Assembly (NCBI GenBank): GCA_030704615.1
Contig: CM060731.1
Span: 79,360,001 to 79,424,000, forward strand
DNA: 64,000 nucleotides
DNA from: Takakia lepidozioides
Taxonomy: Eukaryota > Plantae > Bryophyta
Reading direction: 5' to 3'
Shown: piece by piece, positions 26,776 to 39,586 of the stretch
Position numbering within the stretch: position 1 is the first letter of the stretch
Layout: each line of letters opens with the position of its first letter
Translations under genes and position numbers: made by a program
Notes under the pieces: model-generated
What the model was told of the DNA's origin: nothing
Database searches by the model: none
What the model saw: only the letters and a program-made list of their open reading frames with translations

Positions 26776-28598
26776 ATACACACACTCTAATAGGTCTCCA
26801 AAGCCTCGATCCCATGCCCCTGCTGTGCATATCCTGCAAGCATAGCGTTCCACGACACCACATTTCTTTCAACCACAGTGTTGAAAACTCCCTTCGCATC
26901 CTCGATCCACCCACATTTGGCATATGTCCATCAGGGCAGTGTTCAAGATGAATCTGGTGCAATTCCAGCTTTGACAATGTCACCACGGACCTCTTTCCCA
27001 TCTTCCAGGGCTCCCAGGTTTGCACATGCATTGCAACCTTGGTACAAGTCCAGCTTTGATGATGTCACCATGCACCCTTTGCCCTTTTCCAGGGCTGCCA
27101 GGCTTGCACAGCATTGCAAACGCACACAAACGTGATGTGGTCGCGCTTCACCCCTTACCCATCATTTGCTCATAGGTCTCCAAGGCCTCCATCCCGCGCC
27201 CCTGCTGTGCATATCCTGCCAGCATGGCATTCCATGACACCAAATCTTGTTCAGCCATACTGTTGAACACTTCATCCGCATCTTTGATGCACCCACATTT
27301 GGCATACATGTCCACGAGGGTACTAATCAGGATCACATCTGGTACAATTCCAGCTTTGGCGATGCAACCATGCACCTCTTTGCCCTTTTCCAGGGCTGCC
27401 AGACTTGCACACGAACTGCAAACGCACACAAACGTGATGTGGCTTCACCCCTTCCCCCATCATTTGCTCATAGGTCTCCAAAGCCTCCATCCCACGCCCC
27501 TGCTGTGCATACCCCTGCAAGCATCATGTTCCACGACACCACATCTCATTCAAGCCATGGTGTTGAAATTAACTCCCTTCGTATCCTTAATGCACCCACA
27601 TTTTGCATACATGTCCACCAGGGCAGTGTTCAGGATGACATCAGGTACAATAACAGCTTTGGCGATGTCACCACGGACCTCTTTCCCCTTTTTTCAGAGC
27701 TCCCAGGCTTGCACACGCACTGCAAACGCACATAAACGTGATGTGGTCGGGCTTCACCCCTTTGCACATCAATTGCTCATAGGTCTCCGAGTCCTCCATC
27801 CCGCATACTTGCTGTGCATATCCTGCAATCATCGCACTCCACGACACCACATCTCATTCAGCCATACTGTCGAACACTCCCTTTCCATCCTCAATGCTCC
27901 CACATTTGACATACATGTCCAGCAGGGCAGTGTTCAGAATGACATCGGGTACAGTTCCAGATTTGACGATGTCACCATGCACCTCTTTGCACCTTTCCAG
28001 GGCTGCCAGGCTTGCACACGCATTGCCAATGCAAACAAACGTTATGCGGTTGGGCTTCACCCCTTCGCACATCATTTGCTCAGAGGAAGTGCTGATGTAA
28101 AGATGTAAAGACCCAGTTGCATTCGTCAAAGTCCATTTGGAATGAAAGTAGGTGACCAAAACGATAAAACGACAGAAGGCCACCTGACCTCACAACAGAG
28201 CACAAACTCTTTATAAGTGCGTGCTTGTACAGCATGACTTCCCTGTTTCAAGTCCAAGCTTATGACTTCCCACAACACCTGCAACAGAACTCCCCAGATT
28301 TTTACCAGTCATGGTCTAGTAAATGATAGGCAATATATTTGGAGCATACTTTGCTTGTAAGATAGTGTTCGAGCCACAGATGCCGCACGACCAGCTTATT
28401 GCCAGGCTACATGATGTTTGATAGTACTACTTGCTTTGCTTTAAGTTTGAAATTTGACTCATCTAGCCACAAAATCCATCTGTTTACGTATGAGTGTGAG
28501 ATAAAGCAGCTAGAAACATTGCTTCTCTCCGCCTTACAACACTCCCATTGGAATGGGGCAGAGAGATGAGAGGAGCTGTGAAAAGAGCGAGAACCCAC

Positions 28599-28704
28599 CT
28601 CTTGTACTTCTTTCCAGAGCCGCATGGACATGCAACATTTCGACTCAGTTGTCCATTTTTTGCAAATGCCACAAGGACTGCGTCCGAAGCTTCCATGATT
28701 TCAC
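28599..28704 (-). other. SEC-C zinc-binding motif exon
   Basis: LSRNVACPCGSGKKYKR followed by a GT donor; matches the SecA C-terminal motif (RNxxCPCGSGKKYKxC). Confidence 0.75.
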
Positions 28705-29719
28705 CTCATGGATGCAGCTATAAGCAAGGATACTCATACAGCCTAGACTTATCACACTAGTTCCTATGTTGACTTTCTTCTGCTTCCAACAGGCATTCAC
28801 CTTTTTGCCTTGATTGTGTCCAAGCTAATATAATGTGCAACAGTTTTCCTAAGTCAGCAAGGACCCGCTTGTCCTTTTCCAGGGCTCCAAATTTGGCACA
28901 TGCATTGAGAACACAATGAACGTGACCCTGTTTGCCCTTACCCCTTCATGTTGCATTTGCTCGTAGGTCTCAAAAACATCCCTGCTGCACCCATGTAGAG
29001 CACATCCTGCAATCACTGAACTCCAAGGGACAATATTTCATTTTGCCATATTGTTGAAACTTGACATGCATAGTTCATGCTCCCACATTCGGCATACATG
29101 TCAGCAAGGGCAGACTCCAGTAAGCGCTAATCCAGTTTTAACAAGGTCAGCGTGGATATCTAAGCAGGCAGAGATTGAAACACGGCCTGACAAGACCAAG
29201 CTGACTTTCGCAAGAACCTTTTAAACATCAGGAAGAATACCAAATCATGGTACTAATAGGAGGCAGATATTGAAACGTAGCCTGGCAATAACCTATTGTG
29301 TGTGCTGCTTGTGTCTGTAGTCAGATAATGTCGGATCGATCTATGAATCTGGACCCACACTCGATCCCTGCTCCTTCAGCTATCCATGCCTGTGCTTGCA
29401 AGGTGAACGATGGCGGAAAACGCAAAGCTTCTGCAGTTCAAGAACATCAAGATCTGGGCATTGCGGGCAATTCCTAAAACGTTGGCGCGGCAATTTCTAT
29501 TGGCCTATTTCGCGCGGGCATTCCGGGCAGGTTCCAAAGAAATTGACGACAACGATGACGTGGCTACAATGACGTGGCACTATGACACCCTATTCCTGCT
29601 CTACGCTAAACTAGCTTCCGACCTTGGGTCGTCTCTAGAATGACGTTTTAAGAAAAAGCAAATAAAGGGCTTCCTCCCCTTTAAAAACAAACAAAAACAA
29701 AACAAAGAAAAACATACAC

Positions 29720-29890
29720 GCCACTCGTGTATATTGGCCTGTGGGCCTGGGGTTCGAACCCCTGTCATCTGTCTCTCTGCCTTCAGGCTGGGACTCTGCC
29801 CCTGTAACTTAATGCCTCCACGGCTCAGAAAGGGGGTTTCTTTTCCCCCTCAAGGCCCAGTTGCTGGGGCTGGTGTTTCCTTAAAAGAAA
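29720..29890 (+). mobile_element. tRNA-derived SINE (partial)
   Basis: B box GGTTCGAACCC at ~29751; 3' end ...tgtttccttaaaagaaaa like the other SINEs here. Confidence 0.55.
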
Positions 29891-30382
29891 ATTGTGGTGA
29901 AAAGGACGAAAAGAGAGAGTAAAGGCAAGATGGTAAGTTGGAGAGGGCAAGGTAAGGAAGGAAGTGTGGCAGACGCGGGTGCATGACGAAGAAACAAGGC
30001 GATGGTGGCCGGGCGGAGGGTCCCCTGTACGTCTTCTCGGATTCTTGTTGCAGGTCCCGTGTGTTCTGTGATGTTCCGGGATCGGTAGATAGGCCTGACT
30101 CCCCTAATGTGTGTTTTGTGCAGCTTGCGGGGCTATGGTGCTAGTGTAGCAGCCTCGCAGTGTTGCGCCCGCAACCTGTTGGTTGTTGGCATGGAGATCT
30201 GCTGCTGTTGTGGAGCTTATGGATCTCAATGAACACTATCATGGTTTTTGGCTGTGACTTTGTCGTTTAGAAGTGCTGCTGTGTTAGATTGGAAAGACGC
30301 TCTCCTGGCGCAGCAGAGACCCTAATTACAGAGGGGAGGAGAGAAAGCAGGAAGGAGAGAAAGGAGAGGAGTGAGGCGGAGA

Positions 30383-33300
30383 ATGGAGCAGGGGGGAGAA
30401 GAGGAGGAGGAGGAGGAGGAGGGAGAGGCAAGGTCTGCTGCTCCTGGAATTGAGAGCGTGATGGTCCACGATCGGCAGGGTCGGCAGGGCGTGTTTGACC
30501 CCACGTATAGAGACGTGGAAATGAAAAGGCAAGGGGGAGAAGAGGAAGCAGAGGAGGAGGAGGCAAGGTCCGGGGAACCTGGACTCGAGAGCGTGATGGT
30601 ACACGATCGGCAGGGCGAGTATGACCCCAGGTATAGAGACGCGGAAATGAAGAGGTTTGTGTTCTCAAGTTCTCTGCCAGAGCAGTCAGATGGCAATGAT
30701 GGCACAGCGCGGGATCGAGGAGGCTACCGTTGCAGACCTGAGATACGTGTTGGCGCTGAGCAACAGTTTCCTCGTGCGGAGGAGCCTGTTGCTCAGCAGT
30801 TGGCATCTTTCTCGAGAATACCTGTGGTATGTTCATTTGTCAACGTCAAGGCATTGAATGTTGTGAAACAGAAAGTAATCTAGATTACGTGATTGCCTTC
30901 CTTCTCTTTCGAAGATAGCCACCTAACAGTTGAGGGATTTTGGAGTGATTTGGCATTGCTCTTTGCTTGGAGCTTTTGATGTGATGGCTGACAAAGATTT
31001 TGAATCTTTGTCAAAAATGTCTACAGGCCAGGTCAGTGAAGTTGCCTCCTGCCCTGGAATATTTGTCAGCACTGGCTCATTTGGCAACATTTGGCATTTT
31101 GGGGGTCAGAGCTGAACCTCTTTTCTTTGCTTTCTCTGTTATGTCTTCCATGTGAAACTGTCAGCCTTCATGAAATCAATGCTTTATATGATGCTTGGTG
31201 TTGAGAGTTGTGTAAATAATCATGAGAGTCATTTTATACTCGTTAAATTTACCCGGTGCTTTCTCTTAGCAACTTTTACAAGCTCAAACAGCATATTTCA
31301 CCTTGAAATTATGACCTAAAGAGGAAAACGGTCTGGTTTATTATCCATGAGTTTGTGACTCTATCCCTCCAGAATGTGGATCGAACAGATTTTACTGCTG
31401 AGATCCATTTAATTGCAAGTATGTCGTGGATTTAAGATCCTGTCTGAGAAGGTCCTACAGGTTACACAAGGGTCAATCTATAGTTAGCCGTGCTAAACTA
31501 ATATAAGAGCTTTTTTAACATCCAGGAAGAAGACAAAGGTGGGTTTTTCTTTGTTTTTCCTTCTCTGGATAGGCTTAGGGTAAAGATATGGTCGTGCGGC
31601 CCCTATATCTCTGGAAGCCCGTGTGACCTTCATGGAAACACTTGTAGTCCAAATCAACCTTGAGACGGGTGCTTATTATCGTAATTAACAGCGAAGGGGT
31701 ATCATTTCAGTCATCCAAACAAGGAGGGCAAGACCCTCTACCGTAGGATGGCCACTAATTAGCTTGTTTACAATGCCATCACACGCACTAGCTTTATAGC
31801 CCTTTAGATGTACTATTCCTTCGTTGCGTTTTATCCCTTTGTGATATACTCCAGTTCATCAGGGCTGTTTTGGACCGTAGACACAGTGTTTATACTGTAC
31901 CCTTCCATTCTTCAGAAAACACCTCAATATTAGAGTTAGATCCATTGCCAAAGGCTGTAGTGCATTTCAAAGGCTTTCCCAGTCTCAACACCAAAGAAGT
32001 TGCCACTGCACCCTTGTTATTCCTTAAAACTTCTAGTTGCTGACTGTTTTTCGGCTTGTACAAATACTGTAAGGCCAACCTGAATTTTTTATCACTGTGG
32101 TGGTTCAAGTTAATGTCATGGTACAACCCTTCCCAATAATTTCTCTTCTGAGCCAGTACCAGTCAATTTACATCCTTGGACAGCTGGTAATATCTCGACC
32201 ACAGCTATCAGTCATCTTTTTGATGACAGCTTTAAAGTTTTTTGGAGTAGAAAGAGATGTTCAGTAACTGGTAATGCAAGCAACAAGAATCTTTGGTTTA
32301 TAAGTCGTGCCTCAAACAAATCTTGCGTTTTGTAATTTTCTATTCAAACAACATCTCCAAGAAACAATCTTGAGGAGACAGTACTTACGGGGTGAGTGCA
32401 ATATGAGCACTTGTGTGCAAAACTGCCACCAAGGCTCTGCAGAGGACATGATCAGTAGTACCACTTGAAGACATTCCATAGCATATGCGAAGGCCTTGCA
32501 TTGTGACACGGAGAAAAACAGGCCTCAGGACTGATTCAAAGTCTTACACCGTACCAGATGAGAAAACGTAAATGGGAAATTCAAGAATCCAATTAGTGAC
32601 GTCCTGGAGACGCAAAAAACTTCAGTATGCAGCCGCATTGTATTCAAAAGCAGGGGACGTTAAACTATGACAACGCATAGTGGACTGTCTAGTCTCTTGG
32701 GATTTCGTTGTGGGTTTGCCTATTCGAAGGAAAAGAAACACAGCACCCAGGGCCCTTTGTTGGGAAACAGACACTGCATAGCAAGGACTTTGTGTCAGGC
32801 TTTGCAGATGCCGTCTTAAGGGCACACCCGTGTGTGTAAGAGACACAGGTTGGATCTGTCTATTCCTGTTTATAGACAACAACAGCCTTTAAGGAATGCA
32901 CCGTTATATTTCCTCTTGATCCAGTTGAGTTGACTTTGATCCATATAGGTGGTCAGGGTGTGGTGGTGTGCCTGTGTAGGATCAAACATGACATACACAG
33001 GTTTCCCTCCCATCTTGGACATGCCACAGAGGTAGGCAGAATGCTTCATGGTTTTTCATGAGTTGCTATAGTGCACAATGATAGTGAGTTGGAGATAGCT
33101 CTGGGTGATGCAGATTGCTGCTATGTCAAGCAGCATTGTATTGTAATTTGTTTTCAAACATCACCGCTATCAAATCTTTGCAAACTTACCACATATATGG
33201 TTTACATATATGGAAACTTGATCATAGAGCTTGGACATCTTAGGTTCTGGAAATGAGCCCATGATAACCTCATAGTAATATATAGACGACCATGCACTGT

Positions 33301-33754
33301 ATCACTAGCTTAGCAGAATGGAAAAACACTCAAGTATAGGTTAGATCCCTGGACATGGGCAACCCGCTGTGATGGGATTCTTTCACAAAGTCCTGGCATA
33401 TTACCATAACATTGGTTGCTCACTGGTAGTAAGAAGCCTTCTCATATCTGCAAAACAACTACATATCCAGCTGTGATTTTAGACAAGAACTTAAAAAATT
33501 GGCCCTTGCCTGCACTTGTCCCGAAAATCAATGCATGAATATGATGTGGGAAGATGTGACAGTAGCCATTGTTCTGCTATTGCATACAGTGCAAAGGCAG
33601 CACGTCACTTGCCATCATTATGCAAGAGCGATAGTGGAAGACACAAAGCCCTAATTGCACTTGGCATAAGAAAGGATAAACCAAAGGAGAACAAAATAGA
33701 TTTTCAAATTTCTGCTTGAAGAGAAAGTTAAGAAAAAGATTCTCTGCTTGTGTG

Positions 33755-33794
<40 letters not shown>

Positions 33795-35782
33795 TTGCAG
33801 AGATTCTTACTACCATGTATAATTGCACAGGTGTTGATCAGATATGGTCTGGAGATAGTTTGGGGCCCTGGCTATGCAAATGTGACATCCCCAAATGGTG
33901 CCCTGTTCATTGACCTTCCTGCAAACATGGTGAGCCAGGCTGATGACATGGTGGGACCATGGGAGCTAAGTTGAGAACCAAGTATGCAGGAAGTGCTTGT
34001 TATCTTGCTGGTTTGGTTTTGTGAGCAGGCTCCATATTGGTGTGGGAAAGAACCTCTCCCCCTCCATGTATCTTCGGATTGTCAAGAAATCGTGTGAATC
34101 TTTTGCTATGATGGATAAGTGAGAAGGGGAAACTGCAAATGGATAGAGAGAGGGGCTATCTGATAGAAGCTTTTACTGTGGGTGGGGTGGCAGCTGGGTT
34201 CGTATTTTATGGGTTGGGTGGGAGTCGTGTTCAAGAAGGACATTGCAATGTATTCGGAGCTTCTAGCAATTGGGCTATCCACAGGACTCATGGGCAGCAT
34301 CACTACATACGCTTCATGGAACCAGCAAATTCTTAACATGGTAGCAAAGGGACTCTGGTGGCAGGCTATCTGGGGGCTGCTTCTTGGTGGGTTCTTGTCT
34401 TGTTCTTTGTTTTGTTACAAAATACAGACATCTTAATTGTTAGTAGATATGCTATCCATGGTCATTGTGCAGCTTTCTTGGTCACCTTTCTGGGCAGCAG
34501 CCCAGAAGGAAACATGCACCCAAAAGGAATGGGAAGATTTATAGTAATAATGGTGCCAGAGTACTTACAACACTTTGGTTTTGATCTGGCTATTGGCGAT
34601 TCTAGCACCATACACACTTTATGCTTGACGGGCCAGCCAGCACTTCAGCGAGAGCTTATTGCAGATTCGTCAATTGCATTTCTTTTGCTGCTACTCTCAG
34701 TTGACCCACCAACTTATTTGCAATCCTTGCTCCAATCACTTTTACCTCTCACAACATGTTGACCACAGTTGCACCAGAAATATGCTGAGGGGGGGGAGCG
34801 GTTGAAGCTTCGCAGGGGTGGAGTTGTCCCAGTCTTCCCTGATATTGGGTATGGAATCTGCCAAGTTGCTGGAGTCAGCCATTGCCTACTTCAGGCCTAG
34901 ACATACCCACAATGGGGTGGGGACGTCACAAAGGCTCACCGTTGACAATTTTTGGCGTCACAGAGTGAGCTTGCTGCTCTTTTTGGGGATAAGTTGCACC
35001 CTGTGGTTTTCAGCAGTTATCCTCACTATCATGGACAGCAATGTTGCTACTCGAAGGCAGTTGTGGTTGGCTTGTGTGGTTGCTCCTCCGGGTGTTTGGG
35101 CTCGCTGGTTACTTGCTCGGTTGAATGGACAAGGAATAGGACCCAAGGGCTATGCCAGATGGCTTCCTGTGGGGACCTTCTTGACTAATGTTATTGCCTC
35201 GACTCTGGAGGCGATCCTTGCAGTTGTCCTGATGGTGGTACGTGTTCCTTCATTACATGGCTTGACAGCCTTGAGTTTTGTTCTGTTTAATATTTAGAGA
35301 ACTGATCGCCAGAGTTTTATGGCTTTAGTAGCAATTGGGGATACTGAATTCCTGGCTGGAACTCATCGGATGGTTGTCGAGTTCTTGAAAAGATGTCCTG
35401 ACTTCTAGCACACATTGTATAATCATGTTGTAGGTTGGTGGACCTTTTAATGTAGCTCTACCTGGTTCAATGGTTATTACCAAAATCTTACACACTGACC
35501 ATCCTATTTTCTTCGAGCTCTTTGTAGGTAGCAAAGATTGAGGGCAATGAACGACCGAGCAGGGATGCAGAGCTCCTGGTCAAGAGTCTACAGATTGGCT
35601 TTCTAGGATGCATGAGCACAGTATCCACTTTTGTGGTTGAGAATTATTCGCTTTACCAAGGCAGCAAGCCATGGCGTGCTTTTGCCTATGTTGGCATCAT
35701 GCTTCTCTCCTGCTCTGCAATGGGTTTTATTGTCTACTGCATTCCAGTGTTCGCGCGGGCAATATCCGTCCACAGTGGCTAA
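30383..35782 (+). CDS. FEX: Fluoride export protein (FEX, two Fluc/CrcB domains), spliced
   Basis: Exons ~30383-30826, ~31027-31104 (LAHLATFGILG), ~33831-33929 (VLIRYGL...DLPANM), ~34194-34386 (GSYFMGW...GLMGSITTYASWNQ), ~34816-35237 (APPGVWARWLLARLNG...PVGTFLTNV), 35528-35782 (GFLGCMSTVSTF...SG*). Start codon assignment is tentative. Confidence 0.92.
32262..32790 (-). pseudogene. Diverged duplicate of TilS genomic segment (~870-1410) inside a FEX intron
   Basis: Collinear match to 870-1410 (e.g. ctccaagaaacaatctt, aggcctcaggactgattcaaag, gtaccagatgagaaaa, gggaaacagacac), including intron sequence; the donor site is mutated. Confidence 0.88.
33759..33791. repeat. (AG)n microsatellite
   Basis: Direct reading. 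Confidence 0.95.
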
Positions 35783-38700
35783 GCACTGTTTCCATTACGG
35801 AGTATGCCCTTAAGGTTATGCCACATCCCAAGGTCACAGGAAGAAGTCCATGATATATGAGTTTACTTTCTGGGGTCTGTCTTAAGACTAAGACCATATG
35901 CAATAGTCTGTGCATTGTGCTTTTCAAGTCCTTTTGATATTACTCTGGTCAGGTTGGCCCTATCTGGCAATGTTAGGTGGATTGAAGTAGACCTCCATGG
36001 CAATCTGTTGATTCCAGAGTTTGTAGGCCCTTTTGTGAGTAACGCTTCTCCTGTATTAAGTCAGATGTTATGCCACAGTTATTAGCAGCAGATCAAACTG
36101 GCATCACGGAGAGTTATACTGCCAGAGCGCAATATGGAAGACCTACAGGAGGTTCTTGCCAGTATTTTTGCCAACATGGAGGTATTTCAGATCTGCTCTT
36201 GCATTATTAGCGAAGAACAGACTCATTGCAGTATCCTAAGTTAGATTTAGATTCAATACATCTGGGCAAACTCATGTCTTGGACTTTCTTTGTGACCGTC
36301 TTTGAAGGTTTGATGTGCTCTCACCCTCTGAGCCCAGTTGAACTTCAGTGAACGCTTAGATACAAAGTAATCCAAATCCAAAGCCAGTGTTCAAGTGCAG
36401 CTCTGGTTAAGAAGATTAGGTGAAAGTTTGGGTTTTATGAAAGAAATTGTTTGTGTATCTGATGATCAATTGGGGATTGCAATGATGTGCACAGATTTTG
36501 CTGGCAAAGCAAATGAAGGAGGGCTGCACCAAGCTTTTGAGTGTGGCTGCCCTTCGAAGTGGCTGTAGTGGCTATAGGGTTGTAAGCCACGCACAGACAT
36601 ATTGTATAACATAGGGCCTGTATTTGTAACTGCGGGCACTCAGTCCAGGAGGGATTAGTGTTTGTAGGTGATGAAGTCGCTTCTCAGCCCGTGGTTAACA
36701 CAGATGGAGATTATTGGACTGATATGAGAATGTATTTTGCATTTATGAACAGACAAACAATGCACGTTGGATAGTGCCTTGTTTTAACCATGAAATGTGA
36801 TATTGTAACTGACCTTTCAGATAGATTGCCTGCTCGAAGAGAAGTTTTCTCACAAATGAGAAAATCAGTGTGACATTTGCAGATTTTGTGACAATTTTGA
36901 GATAACTAGCTTATGGGATTATACGAACTCACCTGTAGAAAACCTAGTTCATGGGACTCATTCACTCTGTGAAGGGGAGAAATTTATCAAGAATTTGCAA
37001 TTATAGAAGTTCATGAAACTGTGTTGCTCTGGTGCAAGGCAGGAGTGTAATTCATCAACTTTAATTTCGTATCAAATGTTGGTGGTTCACCCATTTTGAG
37101 GGTACCGGGAGGATATGATTTTCATCTGACCATGATGAAAGGCACACTTTGTACATAAGTACATTGTCAATGTTGTCTCTGAACCTCATGAGATCAGTAA
37201 ACGTCGTTGCTGGTTTTCACTCTGTTAATCCATGGCACATGTCTATACCGTTTTAGATATTACGAGCTGAGAAAAGATGAAAATAATTTAGTTAATAAAG
37301 GCTCATAAGAAAATATATTGGGAAGAGTTGGACCGTGACTGGTAATGACGTAATGACCATGCTTTGATATGACCTAATCGTGGACATAAATCAGTGGTTT
37401 GCATCCAAAGGAATATAATGCATTACTTTTTTAACCAGATATTCCAAGAGCTTTCGATCTTTATGCAACAGCAACTGGTACAGAGGTTCCATGTTGACAG
37501 CTGATGACAGTTAGGTCCATGAACATTTAAAATGTGTCATATCAGTTTCCTTCAATCACGTGAATATGATTGGACATAATTTTTTAAAATTGTTAATGTT
37601 GCCTTTGAACCTCATGAGATCAGTAAACGTCGTTGCTGGCTTTCATTCTGCTAATCCAAGGGACATGTCTCAACTTCAAAATCATGGTAAAGAAAATATT
37701 CTCTTGCTTACATCCATCTAGTTGTTCTTATATTTTGTGTTATCCATCCCTGCTTGTGTATAGTCTGGAGGTGGTTGTAATATACACGGTGCTAATGATA
37801 ATTTAAGGTTACATAAAGGCTGACATTACGATAGAAAGAGGGCACACTATAGTTGTTGTTTTTATATATTTTTATAATAATTTAACATTTATGGAGTATG
37901 TGTGTTGTTGTGAATGTAATGAGATGACTCCCTCGACGACTCTCATGAGTGAGCTTGTAAGATGACTTGTTAATCAACAAAGGGCCTACTCACATGAGGC
38001 CTAGGCTTAAGAATAAAATAAAATAGGGCAAAATTAGTATTTCTTTTTTCTTTGTTTTTTAAGTGGAACAGAGGCCCTTGAAATCAACGTGAGAAGTCAG
38101 ATGCCAGGAAAAAATAACCGCGGCAGGAGCCATGAGGCAAGTACTATCGTGGCTTGCTCTAGTAGTGGGATTCATACTTAAGAAAAAATTGGTTCTGACC
38201 TTGATTTTGATTAACCTTGTAAGATCAGAGAGCTCAAAGACACAAAAACAGGTCTACTCCGGAAAGAGGGCTAAATTTTCTTTCCTATAACTCCATCAGC
38301 CTAGTTGCAACATCACCATCAACACTATGTCTGCTGACTCTGCATGTATATTTGATCTGTCGTGCACCCAAGTATCGTGCCACAACATACATCGGTGTCC
38401 AACCACACTTCCTATCATATAATCCTAGAAAGCTATGCCACGATGATACGGAAATGGTGAAAAGAGATGACCCCACTCTATCACGTTATATAAGTCAACC
38501 CAATGACACCTTTGCTAGAGGACTCCACCATACAAACCTCACCCACACTCCATCTCAAGTACTAGAGCTATGGCGGCGAGAGAGGCCTCGGGAGGCTCGA
38601 GTAAAAGAAGACGAGCCTTCCTGGATCTCACGTGGAGATAACCTATCCACGTCCCAAGTGAGGTTCGCCACCTCACTTGGCACATGGAACCAAATGAAGT

Positions 38701-39124
38701 CCCAATGCCCTCAAAATACAAATATAATGTATAAAGTCCTAATTAGCTAGAAATAACTATTTCTAACTAACCACAACCAAAACCATGACAGTTGTTGTGC
38801 ATCTAAGCATCGTGCCACAACATGCATCGTTGTCCAACCACACTTCCTAGCATATAGTCCTAGGAAGCTATACCACAATCGGCCCCCTAGCGGGTGAATA
38901 GGTCCATCTAACACCGGGTAGCTGGCAAGTATCCACCCCAATAAGATCTCGCTTGGTCTTCCATCGCATAAATCCCAATATCTGAAGTTAATAGATCAAG
39001 AGGTCGGGTGCAAAAGTAGCCCCATCGTTAGGCGCCTTCATGCAATCCATGATCTTCAGTTGAGTATCCATAGCATTGAAGCCCCACTAGCTAGACCTTG
39101 TCAGCCACACCATTGTCATGCCCA

Positions 39125-39586
39125 CTACCTCTGTCCAAGGCATCGTGGACACAACTATTCTCCGATAGGAACCTCCTCAAGTGGCGGTGTCAAGCATCAT
39201 ATGTGCCACCCCCTTGAGCATTTGTCACACACCAACATGGTTGCAGCACCACCAGCATGCCCACATAGCATGCAATGCAACCCTGCAGGTACCACTGTAA
39301 AGATTATGATCCATCCTCCCATCCACATGTGGAGAGGACATGGCGCACAATTGCGCACATGGTCATTCCATACCATGTCATCTCGATCCTCCAGAATCAA
39401 CACTCCTGAAAGAAATACCTCCCTGACCCTTAGAATCACACGTCCCGCTGTGACATCCAAGGTCGTAGGTGTTGTCTGCTGCAGATATATGTAGTTCCTA
39501 AGGTTGAATCTCCAAACCCCCGGTCGATACGTCCATCCTCCACGTATAGTGGCATACCTCAATGTGTCTCAGTGTTGGGCAATAGC
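39125..39586 (-). mobile_element. Ty3/gypsy integrase C-terminus with PHD finger (remnant)
   Basis: AIAQH*DTLRYATIRGG...YIYLQ...NCAPC then CMLC...MLVCDKCSRGWH..CLTPPLEEVPIGE.LCPRC (C4HC3 PHD pattern). Confidence 0.75.

Larger units (their letters stand above)
23077..29400 (-). pseudogene. Decayed PLS-class PPR-E-DYW gene or array with interspersed OSB-PDF and SEC-C modules
   Basis: Many P-L-S triplets (VSWNAMLAGYAQQGRGMEALETYEQM / HITFVCVCSACASLAALEKGKEVHG / VILNTALVDMYAKCGC); E motifs (GQLDEAVDLINKMPINPDVVVWKAVLGACRIHGN); numerous frameshifts and deletions. Confidence 0.9.

Noticed and set aside
24481-28108. Long plus-strand ORFs (e.g. 24481-25305, 27224-28108)
   Set aside because: Antisense shadows of the minus-strand PPR repeats.
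863-35782. Bacterial origin or contamination for tilS, crcB-like and SEC-C sequences
   Set aside because: All have GT-AG introns and plant-type architecture.
37170-38880. Short dispersed duplications (37170-37245 vs 37598-37670; 38355-38440 vs 38795-38878)
   Set aside because: Real, but no termini, coding or structural signal; probably neutral local duplications or TE debris.
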